Shown in pieces: positions 52,048 to 64,000 of a stretch of DNA of 64,000 bases. Origin of the DNA: Gordius albopunctatus (lineage: Eukaryota); NCBI GenBank assembly GCA_964276515.1, contig OZ193909.1, forward strand, positions 5,766,001 to 5,830,000, in the 5' to 3' direction. Numbering within the stretch: position 1 is the stretch's first letter; each line of letters starts with the position of its first letter. Made by a program: the position numbers and the translations under genes. The notes beneath the pieces are model-generated. The model did not search any database and had not been told where the DNA came from. It saw only the letters and a list, made by a program, of their open reading frames with translations.

Positions 52048-53003
52048 ACGCACACCCTTTTTGTATCTATAAAGCACATTTAAATACTATTTTGAGTTAC
52101 TTTAAATTGTCCGAACAATTAAAGCAACCATGTACACGTCTTGACATTATTGCGCGTTCCTTTTTCATTCATTTTTACTTATTAAAAAAATACCAAAGAT
52201 CTTTTTGCACTCAAGATATTGCCTCTTTCCAGTATTTTATAGCACATGCATTATTATTCTTACTTTAAAATCAAGTATGTCTTTAAATCATCTTGCAAGC
52301 AATACTTAATATTAATTATGAATACCGCCATACTTAAAAACTTCCATTTTTTTATATATCATCCCTACTTTTAATATTTTGTAAATAGAGGACTACACAA
52401 ATCAGTTTGCTAGCTAGGTGTACAAAAAATAGTTTTGAACAAAACGTCTTTCCTTCCCTTTTTATACTTTTGATAAATTTCGTGCATTGTCACCAACATA
52501 CACACAATTATTATAATACTTTTACCAATCTCTCGTACACGCTTATATATATATATTAATATGAAACATTTAATACATTTTAGCAATTATGCATTTAAAG
52601 AAACAAGTTATCATCTTAATGCAGGATAAAAAAAGTAAATACGTTTAAACGTCATTATTACACCACCAGGTTTTTTTTATCTTGGCAATCATTCGATCAT
52701 ATCATGGTTAGACATTTGAAATTTTTATCGGTTAAAGATGATCACATAACTTAAAAAAATATATAATTAGTTCAAAATTTACAAAATAATTTACGTATAT
52801 TGAGATGGAGGGATCATGCCTGAAAACGGTGTTATGAAATTTATATTGGTGACGTGTTTTAACGGTAATAAATCAGCTAAGGGAGGAATGTATAAAAAAG
52901 GTAAATAAAATCTACCTTTATTTTAAAGTGGGATTTACACATAAAATCCAAATTTCGCCATTGATTAATGAGTGAGAGGTGTTAGGGGTGAGCAATAATT
53001 AAT

Positions 53004-53810
53004 TCAGGAGTTAAAGATTGATTGAATCATATCGTCGGTTATTAGGATATTAATATCAGATTTTGAAGGCTCTTGATTGTTTTCCTGCTGCACCGATTTG
53101 GGAACAGGTGACGTGGTCTGTTCCTTCCTAAATTTTTCCCTCTGCATAGTATCTATGGCGTGGATTAAATCGACGCGTTGTTCAAAGAATTGAACCAGCA
53201 GAGGCTCGGTTAGAATGGAAGCTAGGATTTGGTCAAACCTTACGATCCATGCTTTGTTATTATCGAATTGTTCAGCAGTTGATTCTTCTCGGTTTTCCTC
53301 AATATTTTCGAGTATGAGTGGAACCGATTTAAGTGCGGCCTCTTTAATTCGAGATTCTCCGATGTGAAGGATTAACGTTCCTACGGTAGCCACGCTGTGC
53401 AATAACTCGTCCTCGTTGGGCCCTTCAAAAAGATCGTATATCGCCCGCCAGAACAGGGAAAATGTTTCCTAAACCACCGTACAACAAATTACTATTTAAA
53501 CTTTGTTAACATTTTTTTCACCAGAAACGTTTATTAAAATTCCTACCCAACCCAATTGAAATTCCAAAGAAAAGCAACTTGGCCGTGTTAGTGACAAAAG
53601 GTTTATAATCAGACAATTTTAAAGGCGACAATATAACTTAAATACAATAGATGATAATAATAAATTTTCAAATAATATAATTTTTATTTGTTAAAAATTT
53701 GATGGTATTATACATTCTAATAAATATGAGGCTAACTTGATCCATGGGTCTTATTTTGGCAGGCGAGGTATTCACGATATCGGCTAAAGCTTGTTCTTTT
53801 TTACTTCTCA
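53004..53810 (-). pseudogene. Second copy of the TBC1D8/9-like 3' fragment
   Basis: Appears identical to 35253-36059 at +17751. Confidence 0.78.
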
Positions 53811-54700
53811 TTGGCATGCTATAATTCAAAAATTTGATATAATTAAACATTAAAAACATGCAATTACTATATAATGATGATACAGAAAAAATAGATGTCT
53901 GAAAACCTGTATAAAAAGTTTTTGCAATTTACTAAAAAATACTGAATATAGCCCAAGCCCCACAAAATTTTTAATAACTATAAAAATAATCAATATTCAT
54001 AATCAGATTAATGTAATATAAAATATACCTGCATAAATTACTATTTTTGAATCATAAAATTATTTAAATAAATTTAAAGTATGTCATAAATTTTTCTGAC
54101 ATTTATATATAATTAATAAATATGTCGAAAATTATTTAAGCAAAACACATAAAATTTTCAAAAAAGTCTTTGCTAAATAATTAAAATACTGAAATAAATA
54201 TTATCAAAGGACAATAAAGATTCAAAATAAAATTTTTTAACATACCGTTTTTAATAAATTATGTACGAATATCCATTAAATTTGAAATTGTTATGGAAAT
54301 TAATTTGTATGTATGTATTAATTTTAGGAATAGGAAATAAATAATGACTACACAATCGCAACTAGTAATCTAAAATTTAGATTTAATTTTACCAAAATAA
54401 TTTAAATTTATGTGTAAATTCCTAATATAAGCCTCTGTATTTATTTGAGTTAAGTTCAAACAGGGGGGGGGGGGCAAAACATTATTTTTAATGGTTTTTG
54501 TATTGAAATTTTTCTTTTTTTCTAAATTAGGGGGGGGGGGGCTCTAAATCCAAATTTATTGGAATTTATTTAATATATGGGTAAAATCTTAAAAAATGTT
54601 TATTTTGCCCCTCTCTTAATCATCATAGCCACCTCTAATTCCAAATTCATAATCTCATCTTAGAATTTTTTATTAATTTCTAATTTATTTTGTTGTACAG

Positions 54701-57700
54701 GAACCGGTAGACGTATCAACTACAATGTTAACGGGACCGCCACAAACGATAGAAGAAAAAATAATTACGGAAATGTACGATCCTTCATTCGGTTCTCCGA
54801 GGCACGAAGAAATTACCTACCGTTACAGTCCCATGCCACCGCCCCTCCCTGATCTACCTTATTCATCGTACCCCCCTGGTATGCTAAATTTTACCTACAA
54901 AAATTCATTCATTTAGTTGGAGTGTTTTTGGGAAAAATAATTGAAGCGATATTCTGAAATTAATTGGCTCCCCCCCTAAATTGATTTTCAAACGTTCTTG
55001 AAGTAATGAACTGCCAAAAATTCGTTTTTTTTTGTTTGGGTTGTCTTGGAAATCTATAAAAAGCTTTTGTTTTTCTTCAGTTTTATATTTTCATAGGTTA
55101 TTTGCATAGTTTGGTATCCGCATTGCACATCGATTTCTTGTACGCACTGATACTTAAAAATGTTTAAATTTTCGCATCGGGGATATGTTGTTAAGAATTT
55201 TGGCCCATATATTAGCATTATTTACTAAATTTTACTCGGATTAAATATATATTATGGGTCGTGCGTTAGTAGGGAAAACCATGGGTTAAGCCTGAATTTG
55301 AATGATGGGGAGGGATGTGATATGGAAAAAATTGACATTCATTTTGGTAGGGTTACTTTATTACCCTTTTTTTAAAAATAAATTTTGACGACTACAATTA
55401 CATTAACCTTAAAAATTTAGTATTAAGCCCTTCCTGCATTTTCGATCAGTCGCCTGTTATTTCCTTTATAAAAAGATTATTTTGAATATTGAATACGTTA
55501 TTATTATCGCCGTAAAATGGAGACGTTATCTTAACATCTATAGGCATAGGGACACTGCATTTATCCTCCTCTGCCGACCGTAATGAAGGAGATTATAGCA
55601 GCGGATTTTCTTCGTCGCATACACACAAATTACGCCCGTATCAAGGTAAAGTATTGATTGTATTTGATTATTTTTGGTTTTGGGGTCAAAGAGACCCCAG
55701 GCGCGTGCAATAAAATTTTTATGTTCATAGCAATTGTAACCAACGCGATTAGCTTCTCAAATTACTTTGAAAATATATGACGTCGTATTGGTCAGATACA
55801 TCTGTGACAAGATAGAGTTTAAAAATGTGTTTTGCTTTCAGCTATAAACTAAAATTGAATATTATGAGTTAATAGATCGGGGCTAAACTCAGTCCGATCT
55901 ATATTCTTTAATTCTCCAACCTATCTCAACCTACACCATAAACTAAAACTAGTCTCTAGTTGAGTCTTGTTTCGGCTAAATAATTCCTTAATAAAATTAT
56001 AATGTAAACGTTTACCTCTTCACTAAAGGCAGCACTATTAAGGATAGTCAATCCTTTGTATAATTATAAACTATCTACTTGCATCCACGAAAAATCTCAA
56101 AATCAAGGAAGTTGTTTGCTAATTTATTAATAATAAGATTTTATGTATGGTGGTGTGAAGTCTTTTGTTGTTCTTAGCTTCATGATTAACAATTCTCTTT
56201 AATTTCCCGATGAAATCAAAATCAATTAATGTCTGGTGGCCGCCATGTGATTTTTGGATTATAATCGGGCGGGGTCGCATAATATCCACTTGGCAGGAGG
56301 ACTCTGTATGTAGCATCATGTGTTAATTTCATTCATTAATTCTCTCAGCGTCTCCTTCGCCTTACTCCTCCCGCCTGGTTAGCCTTTCCAACGGAGGGCC
56401 CATCATCATTCCCCCCACCATTAATCCAGACGACGAAGATTATCCCATCTCAGAAAGCGGGGCAGGAACGCTGGAACCGCTCCGGAACGTGTCTGATGAT
56501 TACTACGAACCCCGCCATCTACGGCGCATGCTGCAGCAAGCGGCCGGGGACCGAGACGAGGAGCTGGCTATGCTATTGCGCGCCGAAGCTGGGGGTTCGA
56601 GACTCCGAGCCGGTAATATTTTTTTATTTAATCTTTTTATTAACTATTATTGGATAGATTGATAAATTGGTGTGTATTTTACGTGCAGAATAATAAGTGT
56701 TTTAATATGGACATTAAAATACTAGAGGTGTAGCATTACAAAATTTAGAGACCGGCGAAATCGTATTTTTTAGACTTGGCCTGGGTGAAAATACTCGACC
56801 CCGACCTGAATTTTATGCTATTATAATTTAAAGCCCGGCTTACAATTTAAAACGAACATGGTGTAATATTATTTTTTAATACAATTTATTATAGGCATTT
56901 GGACGCCAAAGAATTTTACCATTAATCTTTAAATGATCAAATTTTTTGTTAATAAAAGTTAGGGGAGACCGAGGCTAGTCGTAGCCCGGGGTTACTATTA
57001 TCTTTCTAATTATTTTTTAAACTAATAATGATATTAAATCAAAATTTTAACCATATGTGTATTTTTCCATAAGGTTTAAGTTAAAAAAAATTTTGTTTAG
57101 AAAAAATAAAATTTAGAATTTTTATTGAGAAAAACGTTATTTCGGGGCTATTTGTAGCCTTGAAAAAGTCTTTTATTTTGTGCATAAAAATTTTTTGGCT
57201 GATTATTTTGTATTAATTAATTTTACGACTAAATTATAGTGTCTAACAAAAAAAATTATTAAGTATATATAAATATAAAAAATAGTTCAAATAAATTATC
57301 ATTTGTTTGATAGAATAAATGCATGTGTATTAAAAATATGCTGCCATCTACATTGTGTTATATTTTTATAACACATTTTTCAAATTACCTCCCTATCTAT
57401 GGTATTCTGTGATATACACACCTTGTATTTTTTAATAGTTCTTTTATGGACAAAGAGGGATAATTGTATGGATTTTATGTATTTTAGATTGTATAAATAG
57501 TAAGACAGCCTGGCGACACCAAAAATAAATTTACTATTTTTATATCTTAATTAAGAATTCCTCATTTAAGCATCATAAACTTCATATTTAAGTCAATCGA
57601 GATAAAATTTTTAAGCAATTACCTCAGGTTGACCTGAGGTGCACCTGACCTAAGGTTTTCCCCACCACTAGCTATGACTAGTCCCGGGCATTTTTGTTTT

Positions 57701-60700
57701 TTTAACTTAATTTGTAAGAAAACTATTACTTATTTTCCTCTAAATTTTTGGTTCCTATAGTAAAATTCTAACAAAAAAATGGAAAAATATTTTTTAGTTT
57801 TTTAGAACGCGATTTAATTTTTTATGGATAGATTAAAACATTTATACTCTCGGAGAAAATATCTTTTTAAGCCTTGACATATTTAACCCTTTAAATAGCA
57901 TCTATATAGCTTCTTTTATAATCTAATATATAATTCGTAACTTGCTAAATTTAAATTAATTATATTAATATGTACATTTAGTTCTAAGCCTAGATTTTGG
58001 ACTTGTAAATAGCTTAGCTCAATTTATTCATATCTCATATTTTCTGCATTTCTTTGCCTTTGGGGCTAAAGGTGACGACGACATGGGGAGAAGTTACGTA
58101 TACACGGACGATTCAAATCGATCCTCTGCCATACTGCTGAAGGAGGGTAAAAATGGGTATAGGGATCCTGGGACAACGGACGACGAAATTCCCCATCACA
58201 AGTAATTTAGACTTCACTAACGCATTCATTTGTAATGAAATTAGCGAGGACTCGCCCTATGACCTGGCTTAAAATTAGGTAATAGGAAGTGGCACATTTC
58301 TCTTTATACCAGTTGCTTGGGTAGCCTTATGAAATTGTTTAGTCAAAAAAATTAAAAAAGGCGTATTGTAAATATCTTAATCCATTTATGAAACGATTTT
58401 AATTAGCGGCTATAACCTTAATTTATTTACAACATCTGAGAAATTAAAGGTAGCGCGCCTAAGCTTGAAAATAAGGCATGAGAGACGTAATTAAGTTTTA
58501 ACATCAACTTATTTTTTATGGGGGTAGTCAGGGTAAGCAGGAGTCCTTAAAATTTATTATTATGACTTAAATTTCGAAAAATTATCATCCCTCTAGTTTC
58601 AAACTTGGCTACGGTGATGGTAGTTACTCTAACAATTTTCACATTTTCAGCTCGTGCGATTACCAAGATAGCCCGCGGCTATTCCCTAACCTTCCCCGTT
58701 CCTCCCTCAACAACGGCCACAACCACACGTTTAGGCCGAAGCAGAGATACGAAGGTGGGAATGGGGACGATTTTGAGGAAGAAGAAGAGGGCGGTATCAT
58801 GGTTAGCGAGATGCCCGATCGACAAATTTGTAATAGATACTATCCTCCCTCCTCCTCCTCTTCACACCACACCAACTCGAACCCTAGCCCCAAAGGTAAG
58901 ATCCATTACACTTTTTGCCATTCCTTACCAGCTTAAAAGTTTTTGCGGTGTCTAGCTCTCGAAATTGACAAGCATATTAGGATCGGTACCAGGGGGCACG
59001 GAGGGACAGCTGCCCCCTCTGTCCAAATATTTGTTTAAATTTATTAAAATTAGGGCTAAAATTTCAAAAAATGAATGCCCCCCTCTGATTCCATACGCCC
59101 ATGATCGGTACTAACGTATAAATGCATTAAGGTTTATATCTCCTAAAGATGTTAAAATTGCAGCCTGCCTATTATGCTTTTAACATAGTATTTTGGAAAT
59201 TTGTACAAGATTCTTTCTATAATTTAGCATCAGGGTGAATAAACATATCAACGATCGAAATTATTAAAAGTTTGATAACGAGGGTGCTGTCATTCTAACA
59301 AACATTTCTTAGGTCAAAATCTTGATTTTTAACGCTCGGGATAATATTAATGCTATTATTATTAATTGCTATGCAATTTATGGGCTCGTTTTTGGTTGTC
59401 CGTCCGTCCGTCCACCAAGTTATTTACACCAGCTTCCCGACCTGGAGGTTGCGGGTTCGAGACCCGGAGAGGACAAATTTTTTTTTTTTTTTAATTAAAT
59501 TAATATTTTGTTCTTGTTAATACCATTGATAATATGACTTTTTGACCGTCCGCAGGCTACTGACCAATGAAAAAATGACCACTGGCCAGATAAATCGAAA
59601 TTTTTAATTTTTCGTTTTTGAATAGTTTAACATTGATAATTACCCTATGCCCTCCCCTACAAGGGCCTATGGCTCTATTTATATGGTTCCCTGTTCCCCT
59701 CCAAAGGCTTATGCCTCTATTTAATGTGGGTTCGAATCCCGGAGAGGGCAAAATTTTTATTTTTTTAATTAATTTAATATTTTGTTCTTGTTAATACCCT
59801 TGATAATATGACTTTTTGACCGTCCGCTGGCTACTGACCAATGAAAAAATGAACATTGGCAAAATAAATCCTAATTTTTCGTTTTTCCTTTTTGAATAGG
59901 TTAACATTGATAATTGAAAAAAATTACCATTGGCCAAATAAATCGAAATTTTTTGTTCGTTTTTGAATAGGTTAACATTGATAATTACCCTATACTTTTT
60001 AATAATTGCTATGCAATTTATCTAGTTTTTGGGTTAGAATCCCGGAGTTTTTTTTGACTCTTATGATTGTTCTTGTTACTATCATTGATAATAAGACTTT
60101 TTGGCCGTCCGCTGGCTGCTGACCAATGGAATAAAATAACCATTGGCCAAAATGTGATTCGAAAACTTTTTTTCCGTTTTTTTTTGACTATTATGAATTT
60201 ATATCCACTTTTACCGTGTCCTGGCTGCTGACCAATGGAAAAAATGACCTTTGGCCAAAATGTGATTCGAAAATTTTTTTTTCGTTTTTTTTCTCTTATG
60301 AATTTATATCCACTTTTACCGTGTGCTGGCTGCTGACCAATGGAAAAAATGACCTTTGGCCAAAATGTGATTCGAAAATTTTTTCCCGTTTTTTTTACTC
60401 TTATGAATTTATATCCACTTTTACCGTGTGCTGGCTGCTGACCAATGGAAAAAATGACCTTTGGCCAAAATGTGATTCGAAAATTTTTTTTCCGTTTTTT
60501 TTACTCTTATGAATTTATATCCACTTTTACCGTGTGCTGGCTGCTGACCAATGGAAAAAATGACCTTTGGCCAAAATGTGATTCGAAAATTTTTTTTCCG
60601 TTTTTTTTACTCTTATGAATTTATATCCACTTTTACCGTGTGCTGGCTGCTGACCAATGGAAAAAATGACCTTTGGCCAAAATGTGATTCGAAAATTTTT

Positions 60701-63525
60701 TTTCCGTTTTTTTTGACTATTATGATTGTTCCTGTTTCTACCATTGCTATTATGACTTTTTGGCCGTCCGCTGGCTGCTGACCAATGGAATAAAATAACC
60801 ATTGGCCAAAATGTGATTCGAAAACTTTTTTTTCGTTTTTTTTGAGTATTATGAATTTATATCCACTTTTACCGTGTCCTGGCTGCTGACCAATGGAAAA
60901 AATGACCTTTGGCCAAAATGTGATTCGAAAATTTTTTTTTAGTTTTTTTTACTCTTATGAATTTATATCCACTTTTACCGTGTGCTGGCTGCTGACCAAT
61001 GGGAAAAAATGACCATTGGCCAAAGTGAGCATCAAAATTTTTTTTCCATTTTTTTGGCTATCATTGACTTATAGAGTATCTGTTGGTACTGACCAATGCA
61101 GAAGAAATGACCATTTGCCAAATTTTTGATTTTTTTAATTAAAAATTTTCAAATTCAACAAAAAATTTCTCCCAACAATTCTGCAAATTCTTAACATTGC
61201 GGTGTTTTATAATATAATGTTTGTTAGACCCATAATCACTAGAGGCCATAAAAACTAATGTAATATTTTTATTTATTCTCAAATGTGATATTTTGTTCAT
61301 GATTGTTTTTTGCGTGTGCTAGTGTTTAGGTTTTCAACATTAATATTCTTTCATATACATTTTTACACATTGAATTATTTATTTTAAAGATTACTATATT
61401 TTGTTTTTTTGTGTTCTTGCATAAAATTAGGTTTTGTCTTTCATTTATCTACATTATTAATTGTTTATTAAAATAGGGGTCGGGGCTAGTCGGAGAGGGG
61501 CTATTGCTAGCCATTTTTCATTGCGTTTTACAAATGGCATGATAAAAAGAAAAAATAATCATATTACATTTGCATTTTCTACATTTTTTATAAATAAACA
61601 ATCTTTTTATTGATATGAGTTAGCCTACACTAAAAAAAGTGAAAACTTCAGAGTTAATTTATGGGCTATGACTAACCCCGGGCACTTTTAAAAAATTTAG
61701 GATTTCCATTTTTTTTGAATTTATTTTGTGAAAAAGTTATTACTTATTTCCCTCCAAATTTTCTTCCTATATTAAAAATAGTCTTTAAAAATAGACAAGT
61801 AAAAATTTGTCTACCTAAATATAAATTAATACAACTGTTTCCCGTAGAATTTAACTAACCATAAAGCTTCCCCTTCGCTCCCCCCTTTATGATATTTGGC
61901 ATATACACTTATTTAGTGCTTCACCTTCGTTTTGCAATATTCACGTAAGTATTTCCATAAATTGCATAGCAAATATGATACATTTATACGGAGTGTAGAT
62001 GAGTTCCCCCTTCCTTCCCCTCCTCCCCTTCCCCCTTCCCACGAGGGCCGAAGGCCCGAGTTTGATTCATTCGTTTCGAAACCGTCACGTCTTTCACAAC
62101 TTTCTCAATTGTTTTCGGGGTTCAAGCAATGTTAATCATTCAAAATTATGCTACCTTTACTAGTTTTCTAGAGACTTTTTAATTTTGAATTTAGCATCTT
62201 GGAGGGATCCGGACGTAGCGGAAGTAATAGAATACCTTACTAGCCCCGACACCACAATTAAAGCTAACGCAGCCGCTTACTTGCAGCATTTGTGCTACCA
62301 CGACGATCGGATGAAATCTATAGCCGGGTAAAAAGGGCTTTACTGTTATTCCATCGGATTCGGTCAATAATTCTGGCGTTCAGATTGCACTATTTATAGT
62401 TTGATTATGACCATTATGGTAACCGCTGAAGATGATCCAACGAAATACTACGAAAATTGTCTTATCTGAAGTCCGAGTGAATGTAGTTATTGCTAACAGT
62501 TTGCCTGAATTGTTTAGGCAGGACTTGGTTTTGGACGAAATTTGTATCGAATGAACCAACCCTTAGCTAGGTCAAGCCAAAATGCAACAACTAATTAAAA
62601 CCTTTAGTCGAAGCATGCTTGCATCTTTTAAATTTCAAGAACTGAGGTATAAACCTCAATTTGGTTTATTTATTAGGAAAGTTTGGAAAATGTTGCGCCT
62701 TTGCTATTAATTGCGTCGCGTTACTAGAAATTTGTGGAGTTTTTAATGTGCTAATAATAATTTGCATCTTACGGATAGAAAATTGGGAGCGGTTCCTACC
62801 TTGATCGAAATGCTCAGCAGTAACATTCCCGAGGTTCAGAGGAACGCTTGTGGTGCTCTGCGCAACATGGCCTACGGTCGTGCCAACGAACAAAACAAGG
62901 TATAAATTGGCCCGCTATTTCTATCTTCTACAAATTTTTATCGGCGCAGTAGAAAAACGTATTTTGTAAAAAGGACTGGATTTTGTTTGGGGTAGACCTC
63001 CTCCTTTGGTTCAATAAGACTAAGGATCGAGCCTGTTCTCTTTTTTGGATTCAGACTAAAACCACGTCTACCAAATAAAACCCATCCGCTTTTACACTTC
63101 ATTTAACGCAAGGATTTGACACTATGATCAATGAGTTGTAGGTAGAAAAAACAGTGAATTAATGGTGGCGCTTGAAATGAAAGAAATTTGTTGAAATAAT
63201 TGGCAGGGCAGTAGCCATATCTGAACCAGGAATCTTTTTAAATTTCTAACTTAATTTTGTTATATCTATAAAAATTTTCAGGCTAAATTCATAATATAAT
63301 AATAGATGGCAATTTTTGTTTGAATATTGGCTTCGCGCCGCCCACTGGTTCCGAATTTTTTTACCTTTCATTCATACGCCAGATCAATTTTTTTAATTTT
63401 AAATTCAGAAACTTATACTGGATTACAACGGAATACCTGCTTTGATATCTATTTTTAAACGTACCCCCGATGAAAATTTGAGAGAAGTCATTAGCGGACT
63501 GCTCTGGAATATGTCTTCTTACGAG
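54701..63525 (+). CDS. Duplicated 5'-truncated p120/delta-catenin, exons 4-12 (copy C; runs off the window end)
   Basis: Exons 54701-54878, 55544-55645, 56349-56612, 58072-58201, 58651-58895, 61999-62130, 62195-62327, 62779-62899, 63409-63525, each offset +17751 from copy B. Confidence 0.85.
59363..61205 (+). mobile_element. Copy of the Helentron/DINE-like element
   Basis: Offset +43120. Confidence 0.6.
60110..61025. repeat. ~105-bp tandem repeat (copy C)
   Basis: Offset +43120. Confidence 0.95.
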
Positions 63526-64000
63526 GTAAATAAAATACCCTAACTGATTAAATGATCAAATAGTTTTTAGATGCTTTAATGATGTGTTTCAATACTTATT
63601 TTCGACTCATCAAATGAATATGTCTGTTTGTTTTTAGGCTAAATGAAACCAATGAAAAAAATGTGGTTAAAATATTCTGAAATTACGCAAATTACCATAG
63701 TTTTATAAAAATAACTTAGGAATCTATCTAACTTGACGATTGAAATTTCATACTACTAATTAAAAGACTAATTTAAGGACAATAACCATAATTTTATCCA
63801 TAAATAATTTGAGTCTGTTTTATTTCAAAGTCCTCTTTAAATGTTTAATACATAAAAAGTATGCCCAAATTCGTTCACTTATCGATATTGAACCTCACGG
63901 CTTGTTTGCGATATTTTGTGGATTGCGGAGCCTTTATAATTTGCATATCTCGATTGATTGTTCAAAGTTTTTCTCGTTCTTAATATTGACTACTATATCC

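Larger units (their letters stand above)
36060..53810 (+). repeat. Complete 17,751-bp tandem segmental duplication unit (copy B)
   Basis: The junction TACTTCTCAT|TGGCATGCTA occurs at 36060 and 53811, and ORFs recur at +17751 (29590>47341, 36974>54725). The unit start corresponds to position 10663. Confidence 0.95.
53811..64000 (+). repeat. Partial tandem unit (copy C), continues beyond the window
   Basis: Matches 36060-46249; the only difference I noticed is G38882 (copy B) vs C56633. Confidence 0.93.

Overview
AT-rich, intron-rich animal (probably protostome invertebrate) genomic DNA, not prokaryotic. The window is dominated by a + strand p120-catenin/delta-catenin family gene. My hand-built model has 22 coding exons, about 1276 aa, armadillo repeats and a C-terminal PDZ-binding DSWV. 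Its exon 4-to-end portion, together with the last 1.5 exons of a convergent TBC1D8/9-like Rab-GAP gene, is amplified head-to-tail as a 17,751-bp unit, with junctions at about 36060 and 53811. A 200-N gap (21818-22017) is flanked by a 7,418-bp identical overlap, so the true copy number is unresolved. Introns carry a decayed piggyBac with TTAA/TIRs, a hAT-like MITE family with 8-bp TSDs, a Helentron/DINE-like element with a 105-bp internal tandem array, and a CRE-type RLE retrotransposon fragment. There are also candidate alternative first exons and an internal promoter. All gene models come from manual translation and splice-phase checking; no database searches were run.
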